Positions 1-10,941 are shown, numbered from the stretch's first letter. The stretch is DNA of 64,000 nt from Nitrosopumilus sp. (GCA_965204345.1 OZ241981.1:1344001-1408000); one strand, 5' to 3'. Made by a program: numbers and translations. Notes: generated from the letters alone by a model not told the origin.

Positions 1-2
1 AA

Positions 3-482
3 GATAGCAAAGTGATCAATCTTCACACTTTGTTGTATGCATTAGAAGGATTAATTCATACATATAATGCTACAAAAGATCAAAGCTATCTAAACAGTTG
101 CAAGAATGCTGTTACCTGGTGTGAAAAACAAATTCAATCTGATGGAAGCATAGATTTATGGTTTAATTCTAAATATCATTCAAAGTCGAGCTATCCTATT
201 GCACAGCTAGTAAGATTGAAAATACTGTTGACAAAAGCAGAACAAAAAACCCTTGATCAAACTATTGAAAAACTACATTCATTCTTGCTTTCTTTACAGG
301 CACAAAAATCAGACAAATTTGTTAATGGAGGATTTTATGAGGAGTTTGGAAAATCTATTTTTGGATGGAAGAAAACTCTTAAAGTCAATTCCTGGGCATC
401 AATGTTTTCTATGCAAGCATTATTTTGGGTTGAAAATTTTTCAGAAATAAATTTTGAAACAGAAACTGAATTACTTTTTTAA
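3..482 (+). CDS. 5'-truncated protein, probable alpha/alpha-toroid (glycoside hydrolase/prenyltransferase-like) in glycan locus
   Basis: Frame open from window start; helical repeat-like segments (HTLLYALEGL, GGFYEE, NSWASMFSMQAL). Confidence 0.5.
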   Translation, partial: DSKVINLHTLLYALEGLIHTYNATKDQSYLNSCKNAVTWCEKQIQSDGSIDLWFNSKYHSKSSYPIAQLVRLKILLTKAEQKTLDQTIEKLHSFLLSLQAQKSDKFVNGGFYEEFGKSIFGWKKTLKVNSWASMFSMQALFWVENFSEINFETETELLF

Positions 483-496
483 CTTCTTAAAAAAGT

Positions 497-733
497 CTAA
501 TTGAGAGCTTGATTTAGAATTTTTTTGTGATCTGCTGTTACCTTTTTTCTACATTTAAGATATTCTGGTTCTAAATTAATTTCCGAATCCATTAATTCAC
601 TTTTTTCTAGTCTGTTAATTCTTTCTGGGCTGATATCCATGCCTACTATTTTTGGATCATTAGATGCAAGTCCCACATAAAATGGAAAGCCACCATATCC
701 TAAACAACATACCTCAATGTTGGTGAATTTCAT
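497..733 (-). pseudogene. Truncated nucleotide-sugar dehydrogenase (UDP-glucose/GDP-mannose DH N-terminus)
   Basis: Degenerate Rossmann start (VCCLGYGGFP...IVGMDISPERINRL); stops after 78 aa. Confidence 0.65.
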
Positions 734-751
734 TTAGTGTCTTTTCTAGTA

Positions 752-1891
752 TCATAATTTATTTCCTGATGATCTTTTATAAATTAATTTTTCATATAGT
801 TCTATTTCTTTTTGTTCCATTTTACTGGAATTTATTTCATTAATTCTTTCCAATCCTTTTTTGATTAATTTGTCTTTAAAATTACTATCTGATAAAATTT
901 TTTCAAATGCATTTTGAAATTCTTTTGGATCATTTTCTACAAAAAATATTGCGTTGTCAATAATTTCCGACCCTTCTTTCTTTGACATCACCACAGGCAA
1001 TCCTGATGCTAAAGATTCTAAAACTGGCATTGGTATGCCTCCCAAATTTACCATTGGTTGAGCATATATATCACAAGATGCATAATATCTATTCAATCTA
1101 TCATATGGTACCCTTTTAATTATTTTCACTTTACTTTTAATTTTCAATTTATTTATCAAACCAGTTAATCTTTCATAATTTGGCCCATTCCCAATTATTA
1201 TCAATTTAATGTCTAGAGTTTTTATCGATTTAATTAAAATACTATGATCTTTTTGATCAATTAATCTTCCTACAGACAATATTGTTGGCTTTGTTGAATT
1301 GAATTCTTTTGAACAACATGGTGAAAATTTTTTCAAATCTACTTTATTGTAAATCACAAAAATATTTTCAGCTCCCATTTTCTTTGCATAAGGAACAATA
1401 AAATTATAAACACAAAGTATCGCATCAGCATTTTCTAGAACAAATTTTGCTAATTTTTTTGTTGCGTAAGAGAGTTTCAAATATCTCAAAAAATTTCTTT
1501 TATGTTTTGCATCTCTCTTTTGCTGTTCATAGTTAGTATGTAATGATATTACTATTGGTATGTTCAATTTTTTAGCTATTCTGGTTGCTAACCAACCTTG
1601 AATAAGTGGATTATATGCTCTAACTATGTCTGGATTTATTCTTTTTACTAGTTGGAAAACATTAGATTCAAACTTTTTATAATTTTTTAAATTTGCTTTG
1701 CCTAATCTATGAATTTTTAATTTTGCATTTCCAGCGATTTGTTTAACTTTTTCCTCATTAATATCGTCATCAAAAAGTGATATTACATGAACTTCATCAA
1801 AAAAATTATTTGGATTAAAATACTCTGACTTAATTTCACCTTTTTCATAATATGCACTTAAAGGATCATTTGGAAATACACAAAATTTCAT
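752..1891 (-). CDS. Glycosyltransferase family 4
   Basis: ILSVGRLIDQKD and VLESLASGLPVV GT-B motifs. Confidence 0.9.
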   Translation of the reverse strand: MKFCVFPNDPLSAYYEKGEIKSEYFNPNNFFDEVHVISLFDDDINEEKVKQIAGNAKLKIHRLGKANLKNYKKFESNVFQLVKRINPDIVRAYNPLIQGWLATRIAKKLNIPIVISLHTNYEQQKRDAKHKRNFLRYLKLSYATKKLAKFVLENADAILCVYNFIVPYAKKMGAENIFVIYNKVDLKKFSPCCSKEFNSTKPTILSVGRLIDQKDHSILIKSIKTLDIKLIIIGNGPNYERLTGLINKLKIKSKVKIIKRVPYDRLNRYYASCDIYAQPMVNLGGIPMPVLESLASGLPVVMSKKEGSEIIDNAIFFVENDPKEFQNAFEKILSDSNFKDKLIKKGLERINEINSSKMEQKEIELYEKLIYKRSSGNKL

Positions 1892-2016
1892 AACTTGATA
1901 TCTTCTATTTGTGATTTATTTATTGCCTAAACAATATGTAGACAAATTTTGTGAATAAACTTAATTTTTTATCAATTCAACAAATTAATATCATAATACA
2001 GAACTCAAAAATTTGC

Positions 2017-3174
2017 ATGAAAAACAATTCTAATATCTATATTTTTTTATTTTGGGAAGCTGCTAGAATTCATGAGCAATTTCTATTTGAAAATTTAAAA
2101 AAACAATTTGTAATTAAAGATGTATATGAAATTAAATGGAATCAAAATAATTTTCCAAATAATTTGAGAAGATTTTACGGTCCAGGAAAAGTAGGTAATG
2201 TTGAGAGAAAAACTAAATTGTGTGGTACAGATTCATTTCTCTTAGTGATCATCCATGATCCTAATCCAAAATATGAAAAAAGAAGAACTTCCAAAGGAAT
2301 GGAATTAGTAAATGTTAATCTTTTTGAAAATAAATCAACATACAGAAAAATTACAAAAGCTGGTTATGCAATACATAGTAGCATTACTGAAAAAGAAACT
2401 AATGATGATTTGACATTGTTACTTGGAAAAAACTTAGAATATATTAAAAAAACACTTAAAGAAAAATGGGATGGAGTAATAAAGAAAATTTCATCTGACG
2501 TGATTGGACAAAATGGATGGAAGGATTTAGAACAATTATTTTATGTTTTAAATTCTACTGTAGAATACATTGTTTTAAGAAATTTTGAAGTTCTACCAAA
2601 TTTATCAACCTACAAACATAATGATATTGATTTTCTTACAAATGATTTTTTGAGAATTCCCTATATTGCCAATGGGGGAATGTCTTCTTTTAATAACAAA
2701 TTTCCTCCTTTTGTTATGATAGATAAACAAAAAATTCGATTAGATTTTGGTTATCCGGAAGACGGTTATTATGATGAAAAATGGGCTAAAGATATTCTCA
2801 AAAGACGAATACAATTTAATGGATTTTTTATTCCTTGCAAAGAAGATTACTTTTATACTCTTTTTTATCACGCTGTTTTTCATCAAAATAACATTTCTTC
2901 TGAATATAAAATTAAACTGTATAATCTTTCCAAAGAACTTGGAATTCTTGAAATTACCAAAGAAATTTTTGATAATTTAACACAATCTAAAAAGTTTTTA
3001 GAAGATTATATGTCTCAAAAAGGTTATCTTCATACAAATTCTAGAAAATATAAAATAATTCATAATGAATTTTTAAGGCTTGTTAAAACTTCCTTACTTC
3101 TTTGGAGAACTCAGGGCATTTCATTTTTATTTGAAGCAATAAATGGAAAAATTAAAAGAGCAGTTTTAAAATGA
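2017..3174 (+). CDS. Hypothetical glycan-locus protein with C-terminal nucleotidyltransferase-like domain
   Basis: YIVLRNFE...HNDIDFL (DxD) motif; ATG 2017 preferred over GTG 1951. Confidence 0.6.
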   Translation: MKNNSNIYIFLFWEAARIHEQFLFENLKKQFVIKDVYEIKWNQNNFPNNLRRFYGPGKVGNVERKTKLCGTDSFLLVIIHDPNPKYEKRRTSKGMELVNVNLFENKSTYRKITKAGYAIHSSITEKETNDDLTLLLGKNLEYIKKTLKEKWDGVIKKISSDVIGQNGWKDLEQLFYVLNSTVEYIVLRNFEVLPNLSTYKHNDIDFLTNDFLRIPYIANGGMSSFNNKFPPFVMIDKQKIRLDFGYPEDGYYDEKWAKDILKRRIQFNGFFIPCKEDYFYTLFYHAVFHQNNISSEYKIKLYNLSKELGILEITKEIFDNLTQSKKFLEDYMSQKGYLHTNSRKYKIIHNEFLRLVKTSLLLWRTQGISFLFEAINGKIKRAVLK

Positions 3175-3236
3175 TGAAAACTATATTTCTAATGATTGAT
3201 ATCAATGATAATGTAATTTATTTTAACTGATGTTTT

Positions 3237-4184
3237 ATGAAAAAAACTAAAATTAAATCAATCAAAAAAGCAATCAATAATATAAAAAAATATAATAGAA
3301 CTTACGGTTTAGGCGTTTCTTTAAGAGTTTTCAAACATTATATTTTTAGAGCAATCAAAAATTATTCTGTAAATCCTAACGAGTCAATTATCACTATAAA
3401 TGGTTACAAAATGTTTACAGTTCCTAATGATCCTGGAATCTCTAGTGAATTATCTGTTTTTAAAACTCATGAACCAATTAATACAAAAATCATTCCAAAA
3501 TTGCTACAAAAAGGAATGACTTGCATAGATGTTGGTGGAAATATTGGATATTATGTTTTATTGGAAAGAAAAATTATCGGTGATACAGGTAAAATAATAG
3601 CTATAGAGCCTTTGCCTCAAAATTTTTCCTATCTGAATAAAAACATTCAATTCCAAAACTTTCAAAACATTTCCACTTTTAATTTTGCATGTGGAGATAA
3701 AGATGGAGAGGCAACATTTTTTGTTAACAAAAAATCTAATGGCTGCCAGGTGATTCGTGAAGGTGTTGAGCCTCCAGATCCTTCTCTTGGAACACTTTCT
3801 AAAGTATCTATAAAAAAATTAGACACCCTAGTTTCAGAATTAAATCTTAAACATGTTGACTTTGTAAGAATGGATGCTGAAGGATATGAATTACATATAT
3901 TAAGAGGATTTAAGAATACTCTTGAAAAATTCAAACCTATAATTTCACTTGAACTGCATAAGAGACAGCTTGGCGTTGATGGCACTATAGAATTTTTTAA
4001 ATTAATGAAGGATCTTGATTATGAGATTGCATCCTATATTCCACGAGAGCTTGATATTCCTATTATTGGCAGTATGAAAAATGTTACAACGCCATCAATT
4101 GATGAATTAATATCGATGGTAAAATTTGGAAAAACTAGCAGTTATTTAATGCTAAATCTTGTACATAAAAATAAATCTCAATAA
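3237..4184 (+). CDS. FkbM family methyltransferase
   Basis: IDVGGNIGYY, AIEP, FVRMDAEGYE motifs. Confidence 0.9.
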   Translation: MKKTKIKSIKKAINNIKKYNRTYGLGVSLRVFKHYIFRAIKNYSVNPNESIITINGYKMFTVPNDPGISSELSVFKTHEPINTKIIPKLLQKGMTCIDVGGNIGYYVLLERKIIGDTGKIIAIEPLPQNFSYLNKNIQFQNFQNISTFNFACGDKDGEATFFVNKKSNGCQVIREGVEPPDPSLGTLSKVSIKKLDTLVSELNLKHVDFVRMDAEGYELHILRGFKNTLEKFKPIISLELHKRQLGVDGTIEFFKLMKDLDYEIASYIPRELDIPIIGSMKNVTTPSIDELISMVKFGKTSSYLMLNLVHKNKSQ

Positions 4185-4208
4185 AATATTTTTGTACGAT
4201 AAATTTAA

Positions 4209-5702
4209 TCACTTGCTTATTATTTCCTTCAAAATTGAATTGAAAAGTTGTTTTGTTCTTTTATCAATCATGTATGTTAATACAAAATATCCTCCAATAC
4301 TCAATATTCCGTACATCATTACCGGAGGTACAAATACAAAAATATTTTCATGATATTCTAAATTCTGTTCCATTACAAATCCTACCAGTCCAAAAATTAA
4401 GAAACAACCAAGTAAATATTTGACAGTGCTTTTTTTATCAATTTTTAAGGTAAATGATTTTTTTGTGAGTATTATAATGTAAATTGTTAAAGGAATTTCT
4501 ATAACAAATCCAATAATAGTCCAATATAATACTAAATCTAACATTGAATCTGTTTCTGAATTAACTAGTAACAATAAGATTATTAAAATTCCTATGTATG
4601 AACCATGCCTTATGAGATCAAAAGTTGGAATCCATACTAATTTACTTCGTAGAAAATCCTTAAAATTCAAATGCTGATTTTTATCAATGGTTTCTAATCC
4701 TGTAAGTGCCTGAAAGAAAACTTGATTCAGTGTCTTCAAGAACATTCTAAGACTGATAAATATTACAAAAAGTGATGCAATTTCATAAATTGGATTTAAG
4801 ATGTATAATCCAGGCTTTGCAAAGATAATTGAAAATGCCGTTAAGGGAAATGCAAAATAGAATAGTTTAATTAAATTATCTTGCAAAAATTCTTGCTTTT
4901 CGGTTTCTAACAATTTTGGATAAAGACCTGCAGATAAATCTCTGACATTGTTAACTAACATTCCTATTGTTTTGGCTGCTGTAAAATATGCCACTCCAAT
5001 AACTGAACCAGTCATTATTGAAAATATTGCTACATCTGACATTGCTAATGTGGAAGGCAATGTTCTGTAGGTCGGCAACCAAAACATTTTCATCCACTTT
5101 ACAAAATAACTTTTTTTGAAATTCTCTCTTAATTGTTTTCTTGCAGAAAATGATAATGACACTACACTTGCAATATATGCTAATATTACTGCTAAAATGA
5201 CTCCGTTAACACCCAAATCAAAATAATAAATAAACAATAATGTAAGAGGGATTTTGATAATCTCAAAAATTAATAACGCGTAACTTCTAGCTTGTGGTTT
5301 GAATCCTAAATTTATTGCCGATAAACTATTGTGGATAAAAATTATGGGAACCAATAATGTTGCAAAAAATAAAATTCCCATGTCTGCATCTGAATTTTTT
5401 CCAACTACTTCTGAAACAAGAACATAGATTCCAATTCCTAATATGCTTAATATCCCGCTAGAAATTAAAGCTGTATTTGCACTTTTTTCTCCTCTGGCAA
5501 TCTCTCTGGTTACCCAATAACTGACTATTGGATTTATCACCAGAGCGTAAATTATAATTCCATTAATTACTCCCCATGTTCCAAATTCTTCTACAGATAG
5601 CTGCCTGGTAACAATTAATGTAAAAATAATTCCTGTTAAAATAGAAATTAATCTAATGGCAAAAGAGATCAGGCCTGAATAAGTAACCCGTATACCCGTC
5701 AA
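4209..5702 (-). CDS. Polysaccharide flippase (Wzx/MOP family)
   Basis: Many TM segments, TRQLSVEEFGTW N-terminal motif, glycan context. Confidence 0.8.
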   Translation of the reverse strand: MTGIRVTYSGLISFAIRLISILTGIIFTLIVTRQLSVEEFGTWGVINGIIIYALVINPIVSYWVTREIARGEKSANTALISSGILSILGIGIYVLVSEVVGKNSDADMGILFFATLLVPIIFIHNSLSAINLGFKPQARSYALLIFEIIKIPLTLLFIYYFDLGVNGVILAVILAYIASVVSLSFSARKQLRENFKKSYFVKWMKMFWLPTYRTLPSTLAMSDVAIFSIMTGSVIGVAYFTAAKTIGMLVNNVRDLSAGLYPKLLETEKQEFLQDNLIKLFYFAFPLTAFSIIFAKPGLYILNPIYEIASLFVIFISLRMFLKTLNQVFFQALTGLETIDKNQHLNFKDFLRSKLVWIPTFDLIRHGSYIGILIILLLLVNSETDSMLDLVLYWTIIGFVIEIPLTIYIIILTKKSFTLKIDKKSTVKYLLGCFLIFGLVGFVMEQNLEYHENIFVFVPPVMMYGILSIGGYFVLTYMIDKRTKQLFNSILKEIISK

Positions 5703-5841
5703 TAATTTTGACTAGAAATTGAATTTAATACATAATCCTGTCTACAAATTATCACTTTTAATGTACTTTTTCAATTATTTTTTTTAAACAACATCTGATT
5801 CTTTTCAAATATTTTATAACTCGATATTTTAGATATTCAAC

Positions 5842-6126
5842 ATGACAAACTGTCAAGCCAAATTCAAGCCTACAATGCTGCTGCTTGAGTTACACAAACG
5901 TCAGCTAGGAATTGACGGTACAGGAGAATTTTTTAAATTAATGCAAGATCTCAATTATAAAGTTGAATCCTATATTCCAAGAGATCTAGATACTCCTTTG
6001 ATTGGAACTATGAATGATATAACACAATCTTCAATCAATCATCCTTTAGATATGATTGAAAATAACCAAGCAGGCAGCTTTCTTACGTTAAGCCTTGTTA
6101 ATAGTTCAAAGGAATCAATTGAATAG
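5842..6126 (+). pseudogene. C-terminal fragment of a second FkbM methyltransferase
   Basis: ELHKRQLGIDGT.EFFKLM.DL.Y...SYIPR.LD.P.IG shared with C-terminus of 3237-4184; SAM-binding half missing. Confidence 0.8.
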
Positions 6127-6201
6127 ATTATGTTGATGATGATGAAATGTAATTCTCTGTTCTTTTTGGTTTTAATTGAAGGGGAGTCCTAAATTTCTAA
6201 A

Positions 6202-7656
6202 GTGGTTATTATGACTCGTCATTGGTTTACATCCTATCTAACAGAAAATTATTCTAGAAACAAAAAAATTGGATTGGACATAGGCTGTGGAAAACAACCC
6301 TATAAAGAACTCTATAATTGCCAATATGTTGGAATTGATTTACCATCAAAAGTAGAGTCTACTGCAAAACCCATTCTTTTTGGAAGCGGGGAAAGTCTAC
6401 CATTTAAAGATGACACATTTGATTTTATCACATCGTATTCTGTCATCCCTTATGTAGAAAATATTGATAAATTCTTAGATGAAATGTTCAGAGTAATAAA
6501 ATATAATGGAATTGCAATTATCATAATAATGAATTTACGTGCCCTATCCCGTGATCCAAGTGGATATTATCCAAATAAATTTAGCTCAAAACAATTAAAA
6601 AATAAATTAAAGAAGCACGGGTTTGATTCAATCAAATCTAAAAATTTTAAAGCATTATTTTGGTCTACATATTTCAATTCGACCAGCGTATATTCATTTG
6701 CTATTGTAAAATGTAACAAAAATACAAACTCATTATACATGTCTGAAAAAAATCCAAATAAAAACTCCAATTTTACAACCCGCCAATTATTACGATCTCA
6801 TGTAATGAACCACACGAAATTTTATTCCTTCACAAGGACTCTTTTTCGAAAATATTGCATTGCGACACAAAATCTACACACTCTGCCTGATTTTCTCATC
6901 ATAGGAGCCGCAAAATGCGGAACATCCTCATTGTATGATTATCTCATGCAGCATCCCTGTGTAGGCAAATCACTTACAAAACAAATTCATTTTTTTGATA
7001 GGTATTTTGATAGAGGAGCACCATGGTACAAAGTCTGCTTTCCGTATAAATGGAAAAAATTCCAAATAGAAAAAATAAAAAATAAAAAATTTGCCACCGG
7101 CGAGGCTACAGCGCACTATATGACGCATCCCTTGGCTGCAAAACGTGCACATCAGCTAGTTCCTGATGCAAAAATCATTGTAATGCTTAGAAATCCTGTA
7201 GATAGGGCTTATTCCCATTATCAAATGGAGCATCAGCGTAATATCGATCCATTATCGTTTGAAGATGCAATAGAAAACGAGCCTAACAGAATAAAAGGAG
7301 AAATTCAGGAAATGTTTCATAACAAAAATAACTCAGGCAAAAATTATCCTCACAAGGCTTACATCAAAAGTGGAGAATATTTAGAACAAATTAAAAGATG
7401 GAGGGAATTCTATCCTAAAGAAAAATTCCTTTTCATCAAAAGTGAGGAATTCAATAAAAATCCGTCTCGTGTATATAATGATGTTTTAGAGTTCTTAGAA
7501 TTAACTCCTTTTAAACTTCAAAAATATGAAAAAATCCAAAAACGCCAATATGATAAAATGAATCCTGACACTAGGCAGAAATTAATTGAATATTTTTTAC
7601 CTCACAACAAAAATCTTTATGATTATTTGGAAATGGATTTTGATTGGGACAAATAA
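6202..7656 (+). CDS. Class I SAM methyltransferase fused to PAPS sulfotransferase
   Basis: LDIGCG and LPFKDDTFD; then IIGAAKCGTSSL and LRNPVDRAYSHY sulfotransferase motifs. Confidence 0.85.
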   Translation: MVIMTRHWFTSYLTENYSRNKKIGLDIGCGKQPYKELYNCQYVGIDLPSKVESTAKPILFGSGESLPFKDDTFDFITSYSVIPYVENIDKFLDEMFRVIKYNGIAIIIIMNLRALSRDPSGYYPNKFSSKQLKNKLKKHGFDSIKSKNFKALFWSTYFNSTSVYSFAIVKCNKNTNSLYMSEKNPNKNSNFTTRQLLRSHVMNHTKFYSFTRTLFRKYCIATQNLHTLPDFLIIGAAKCGTSSLYDYLMQHPCVGKSLTKQIHFFDRYFDRGAPWYKVCFPYKWKKFQIEKIKNKKFATGEATAHYMTHPLAAKRAHQLVPDAKIIVMLRNPVDRAYSHYQMEHQRNIDPLSFEDAIENEPNRIKGEIQEMFHNKNNSGKNYPHKAYIKSGEYLEQIKRWREFYPKEKFLFIKSEEFNKNPSRVYNDVLEFLELTPFKLQKYEKIQKRQYDKMNPDTRQKLIEYFLPHNKNLYDYLEMDFDWDK

Positions 7657-8162
7657 TTTTTTGCCTAATTAGAAAGGACTTTGTGCATAAATAAGAAATT
7701 TTGGATTTGGCAAAAGAAGAAATGGAGAATACTTGTAAAAAAAATTAATGGTAAAACCTGTGAAACATTTTCCGTTGATTATGAAAAATCTATTCTTGAC
7801 TGTTATCATAAGCAAGAATTGACTTTCAATAACAGATCTAATTGCTAGGATGGATCTTGAAAATTTTGATCAGACTGTTGATCTTGATTGCTCTGCAGGG
7901 GTTTGGCACGGTACAACTCGTAAATACGAAAGATATGACAAAATTGAAGCAATTTCAAATTCAGTGAAAAAATCGGGCTTAAAAGCAGGATTCATTATTC
8001 CTACCCATTGTACTGCTCCACCAAGCCTCACATCCTAAAATGGCTAAATTTTCTTCCAAACCTGCTTTTTTCTATTTGACTTAATCTTAAAAGCTCAAAA
8101 CAATTTCAGCAAATCCAAAGTAATCTACTGTGGAGTTATAAGCGAATAATATTTTTCAAATT

Positions 8163-9128
8163 ATGATGAAACTCGAAGTTAGAAATGACAAGGAACCGCC
8201 ATATAATTGGAATAAGAATCTCTTGTCCTCAAACACAGGAACGGTATACAATACAACTGAGTATAGCAATTACGTACAAAATAGATTAAACTGGGTTCCT
8301 AATTTTATATCAATCCTAGATTCTACAGGTTCGCTTCTTGCACAAGTTATTTTATTTGAGCTTCCCCCATCAGTTAAAGGAAAATCAATACCTAAATCAA
8401 TCCCGCTCATATCAAAAAAATTTCAAACTATTAAATGGAATTTTGGACCTGTTTTTATTAGCGATACCCATCAAAATGAAATAGCATCAAATTTTTTGGA
8501 ATATGTCCAAAAACTAGGCAAAAGAATTAGCGGTACATTTCATCCTTTTTTTAACGAACTTTTATCCTATCCTAACGTTGAAAAGTGGGCAACGTACATA
8601 ATTGATTTAAAAAAATCAATCGATGACACTAAAATAAAACTAGATAAAAAAAATACCATAAAAAATATTAAAAGATCTATGGAACGGGGTGTAGAATTAG
8701 CTGAGATTAATGATGATAATATTGCTGATTATGCAAAATTATTAAACCAGTATAGAATACAAAATCATATTGAGCCCTATTCAGATCAACAAGTAATTGA
8801 TCTTTGGAACTTTTTAAAACCATCTGGGTTTCATGGTTATCTATCATCAAAAGACGGAGTTTTACTTGGCGGAATCACTTTTTCAAATTTCAACGGTTAC
8901 ATCAATGAGTGGGGGATTGCAAGAACCGCACAAGATACAGAAGAAAAACTTTATTCTCAGGATTTAATGAAGTGGAAAATTATTGAATGGGGAATTGATA
9001 ATAATCAAAACTGTTTTGATCTAACAGGATTTAATCCAAACCCTATTTCAGAAAAAGAGAAAGGAATCTTACGCTATAAGAAGAAATGGGGCGGCACAAA
9101 ATATAATATTTTACAATATAGGGGATAA
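8163..9128 (+). CDS. FemAB/GNAT-like peptidyl- or acyltransferase
   Basis: NIKRSMERGV, MKWKIIEW, FDLTG, GILRYKKKWGG motifs. Confidence 0.75.
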   Translation: MMKLEVRNDKEPPYNWNKNLLSSNTGTVYNTTEYSNYVQNRLNWVPNFISILDSTGSLLAQVILFELPPSVKGKSIPKSIPLISKKFQTIKWNFGPVFISDTHQNEIASNFLEYVQKLGKRISGTFHPFFNELLSYPNVEKWATYIIDLKKSIDDTKIKLDKKNTIKNIKRSMERGVELAEINDDNIADYAKLLNQYRIQNHIEPYSDQQVIDLWNFLKPSGFHGYLSSKDGVLLGGITFSNFNGYINEWGIARTAQDTEEKLYSQDLMKWKIIEWGIDNNQNCFDLTGFNPNPISEKEKGILRYKKKWGGTKYNILQYRG

Positions 9129-9132
9129 CTGA

Positions 9133-10242
9133 ATGAGAGTATTACATGCAGGTAATATGGTGAATTTGGGATATGTTGTTACTAAGCAATTGAGAAATGA
9201 AAATGTAAATGCTGAATTAGTTATGGAAAAAAATCCTACACAAATGTCTGATCCTTTAATTTTTGATTCACAATTAACCAAATATCCTGACTGGATATAT
9301 TTTCTCAACAAAACTAAATTCTCATGGAAGTTAAATTTGATTAAAAAAATGAGACAAAATTATGACATTATTCATGCTGATGTTGAATTTCCAATCTTTG
9401 CATACCTATCAGGAAAAAAGTTTATTGCACAAACTCAAGGCAGTGATCTTAGAGAACTAGCCTTTTCGAATTCTATAAGGGGCATTTTGCTTAGAAAAGC
9501 ATATCATAAGGCAAAAGCAATTATTTTTTTCCAACCTGATCATTACCCATTATTTTCAAAATTAAATCTCAATAATGAAATTTTTTTACCACCGGCAGGA
9601 TATACCGCATATTACGAACCAACCATTTTTCCTGATGACAAATACACTGATAAATTTTTAATCTTTCATCCCTCTGATCTAAATTGGAGATTAAAGGGAA
9701 ATGACATATTATTAAAGGGATTTGCAGAGTTTCTAAAAAACAACTCTGATTCTTTTATGGTGATAGTTGACAGAGGAGTTGATTCTGATCGAACACATGC
9801 TCTGGTAAGACAACTGCATCTTGAAAATAACGTTGAATTTATCAAGGGTCCATTAAAACCACATGATCTAAAAAGATTTTATAATCTTGCAGATGTTGTA
9901 GCAGATCATTTTGTATACGGTTCTTTAGGATCTATTGGTTGGGAAGTGCTGTCATCACAAAAACCTCTTTTAGGGTTTATTTTTGATGACTTGTATGCAA
10001 AATTGTACGGTGAATCCCCACCAATATTAAACGCAAAAAATTCCAAGCAAATTCAGGAACAATTAGAAACTATCAAAGACACAAAACTACGTCATAAAGT
10101 TGGACAACAAAGCCGTAATTGGATTACAAAGTATCATTCGCCAAAAACTTTCTCAAAGAAACTAATACGACTGTATGATCTTGTTGTTGAAGGAAAAAAA
10201 ATCAATGAAATAAAGCACGAAATAGAAAAAATTCCTTACTGA
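9133..10242 (+). CDS. Glycosyltransferase family 4
   Basis: KGNDILLKGF, YNLADVVAD, WEVLSSQKP. Confidence 0.85.
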   Translation: MRVLHAGNMVNLGYVVTKQLRNENVNAELVMEKNPTQMSDPLIFDSQLTKYPDWIYFLNKTKFSWKLNLIKKMRQNYDIIHADVEFPIFAYLSGKKFIAQTQGSDLRELAFSNSIRGILLRKAYHKAKAIIFFQPDHYPLFSKLNLNNEIFLPPAGYTAYYEPTIFPDDKYTDKFLIFHPSDLNWRLKGNDILLKGFAEFLKNNSDSFMVIVDRGVDSDRTHALVRQLHLENNVEFIKGPLKPHDLKRFYNLADVVADHFVYGSLGSIGWEVLSSQKPLLGFIFDDLYAKLYGESPPILNAKNSKQIQEQLETIKDTKLRHKVGQQSRNWITKYHSPKTFSKKLIRLYDLVVEGKKINEIKHEIEKIPY

Positions 10243-10266
10243 CTGCATAGATAGTTACTTTTACTT

Positions 10267-10941
10267 TTATATTTCAATTTTAATTACAGTATCAAAATTC
10301 CTAATGGGATTTTTTAGATTTCTTCCATTGGCTTGTCTTGTTATTGAAAATTGTTTTTCTGATAATCCTAAATTACCCAATATTTTCCCGAGTTTTTTTG
10401 CCGATAATTCATTGTGATAAAACCCTCCCCTATTGAAATATTCAACCCTGTGTTCTGGGTAATCTGGAAAAAATCCTCTATATGCACTAACTAGGGCATA
10501 TTTTTTTGTATGATTTACAACATTGGTTAGAAAAGCATCAGGATCATACACGTGATCTATCACCGATTGAGTAAAAACCAGATCATATTTTTTCTTTAAA
10601 TCCATTTTTATAAAATCACCTTGAACAAACTCAAAATTTGAGTTTGCTTTACAGTGATCAATTGCAGGCTTGCCGATATCTACTCCTGTGTATTCTTGGA
10701 ATAAATTTTTAAATTTAATCGGAAATATTCCTGCACCACATCCTATTTCAAGAGATGATTTTGGTCTTTTATTGGATAAATAATCTATAATGAATCGGGT
10801 CATTAGGGGTCTATCCTCAACCATCTTGTCATAATGTTTTTCTACATATGTTGGATCTTGCCAAATTTCCCCAAATTGTGTTTTTTTAACTCTAACTTTG
10901 ATACCCTTAGAATAACGTCTTATTTTATCACTGATAGTCAT
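10267..10941 (-). CDS. Class I SAM-dependent methyltransferase
   Basis: LEIGCGAG, YTGVDI, YDLVFTQSVIDH. Confidence 0.85.
   Translation of the reverse strand: MTISDKIRRYSKGIKVRVKKTQFGEIWQDPTYVEKHYDKMVEDRPLMTRFIIDYLSNKRPKSSLEIGCGAGIFPIKFKNLFQEYTGVDIGKPAIDHCKANSNFEFVQGDFIKMDLKKKYDLVFTQSVIDHVYDPDAFLTNVVNHTKKYALVSAYRGFFPDYPEHRVEYFNRGGFYHNELSAKKLGKILGNLGLSEKQFSITRQANGRNLKNPIRNFDTVIKIEI

Noticed and set aside
7850-8038. 62-aa ORF
   Set aside because: Probably a degraded fragment; no family assignable with confidence
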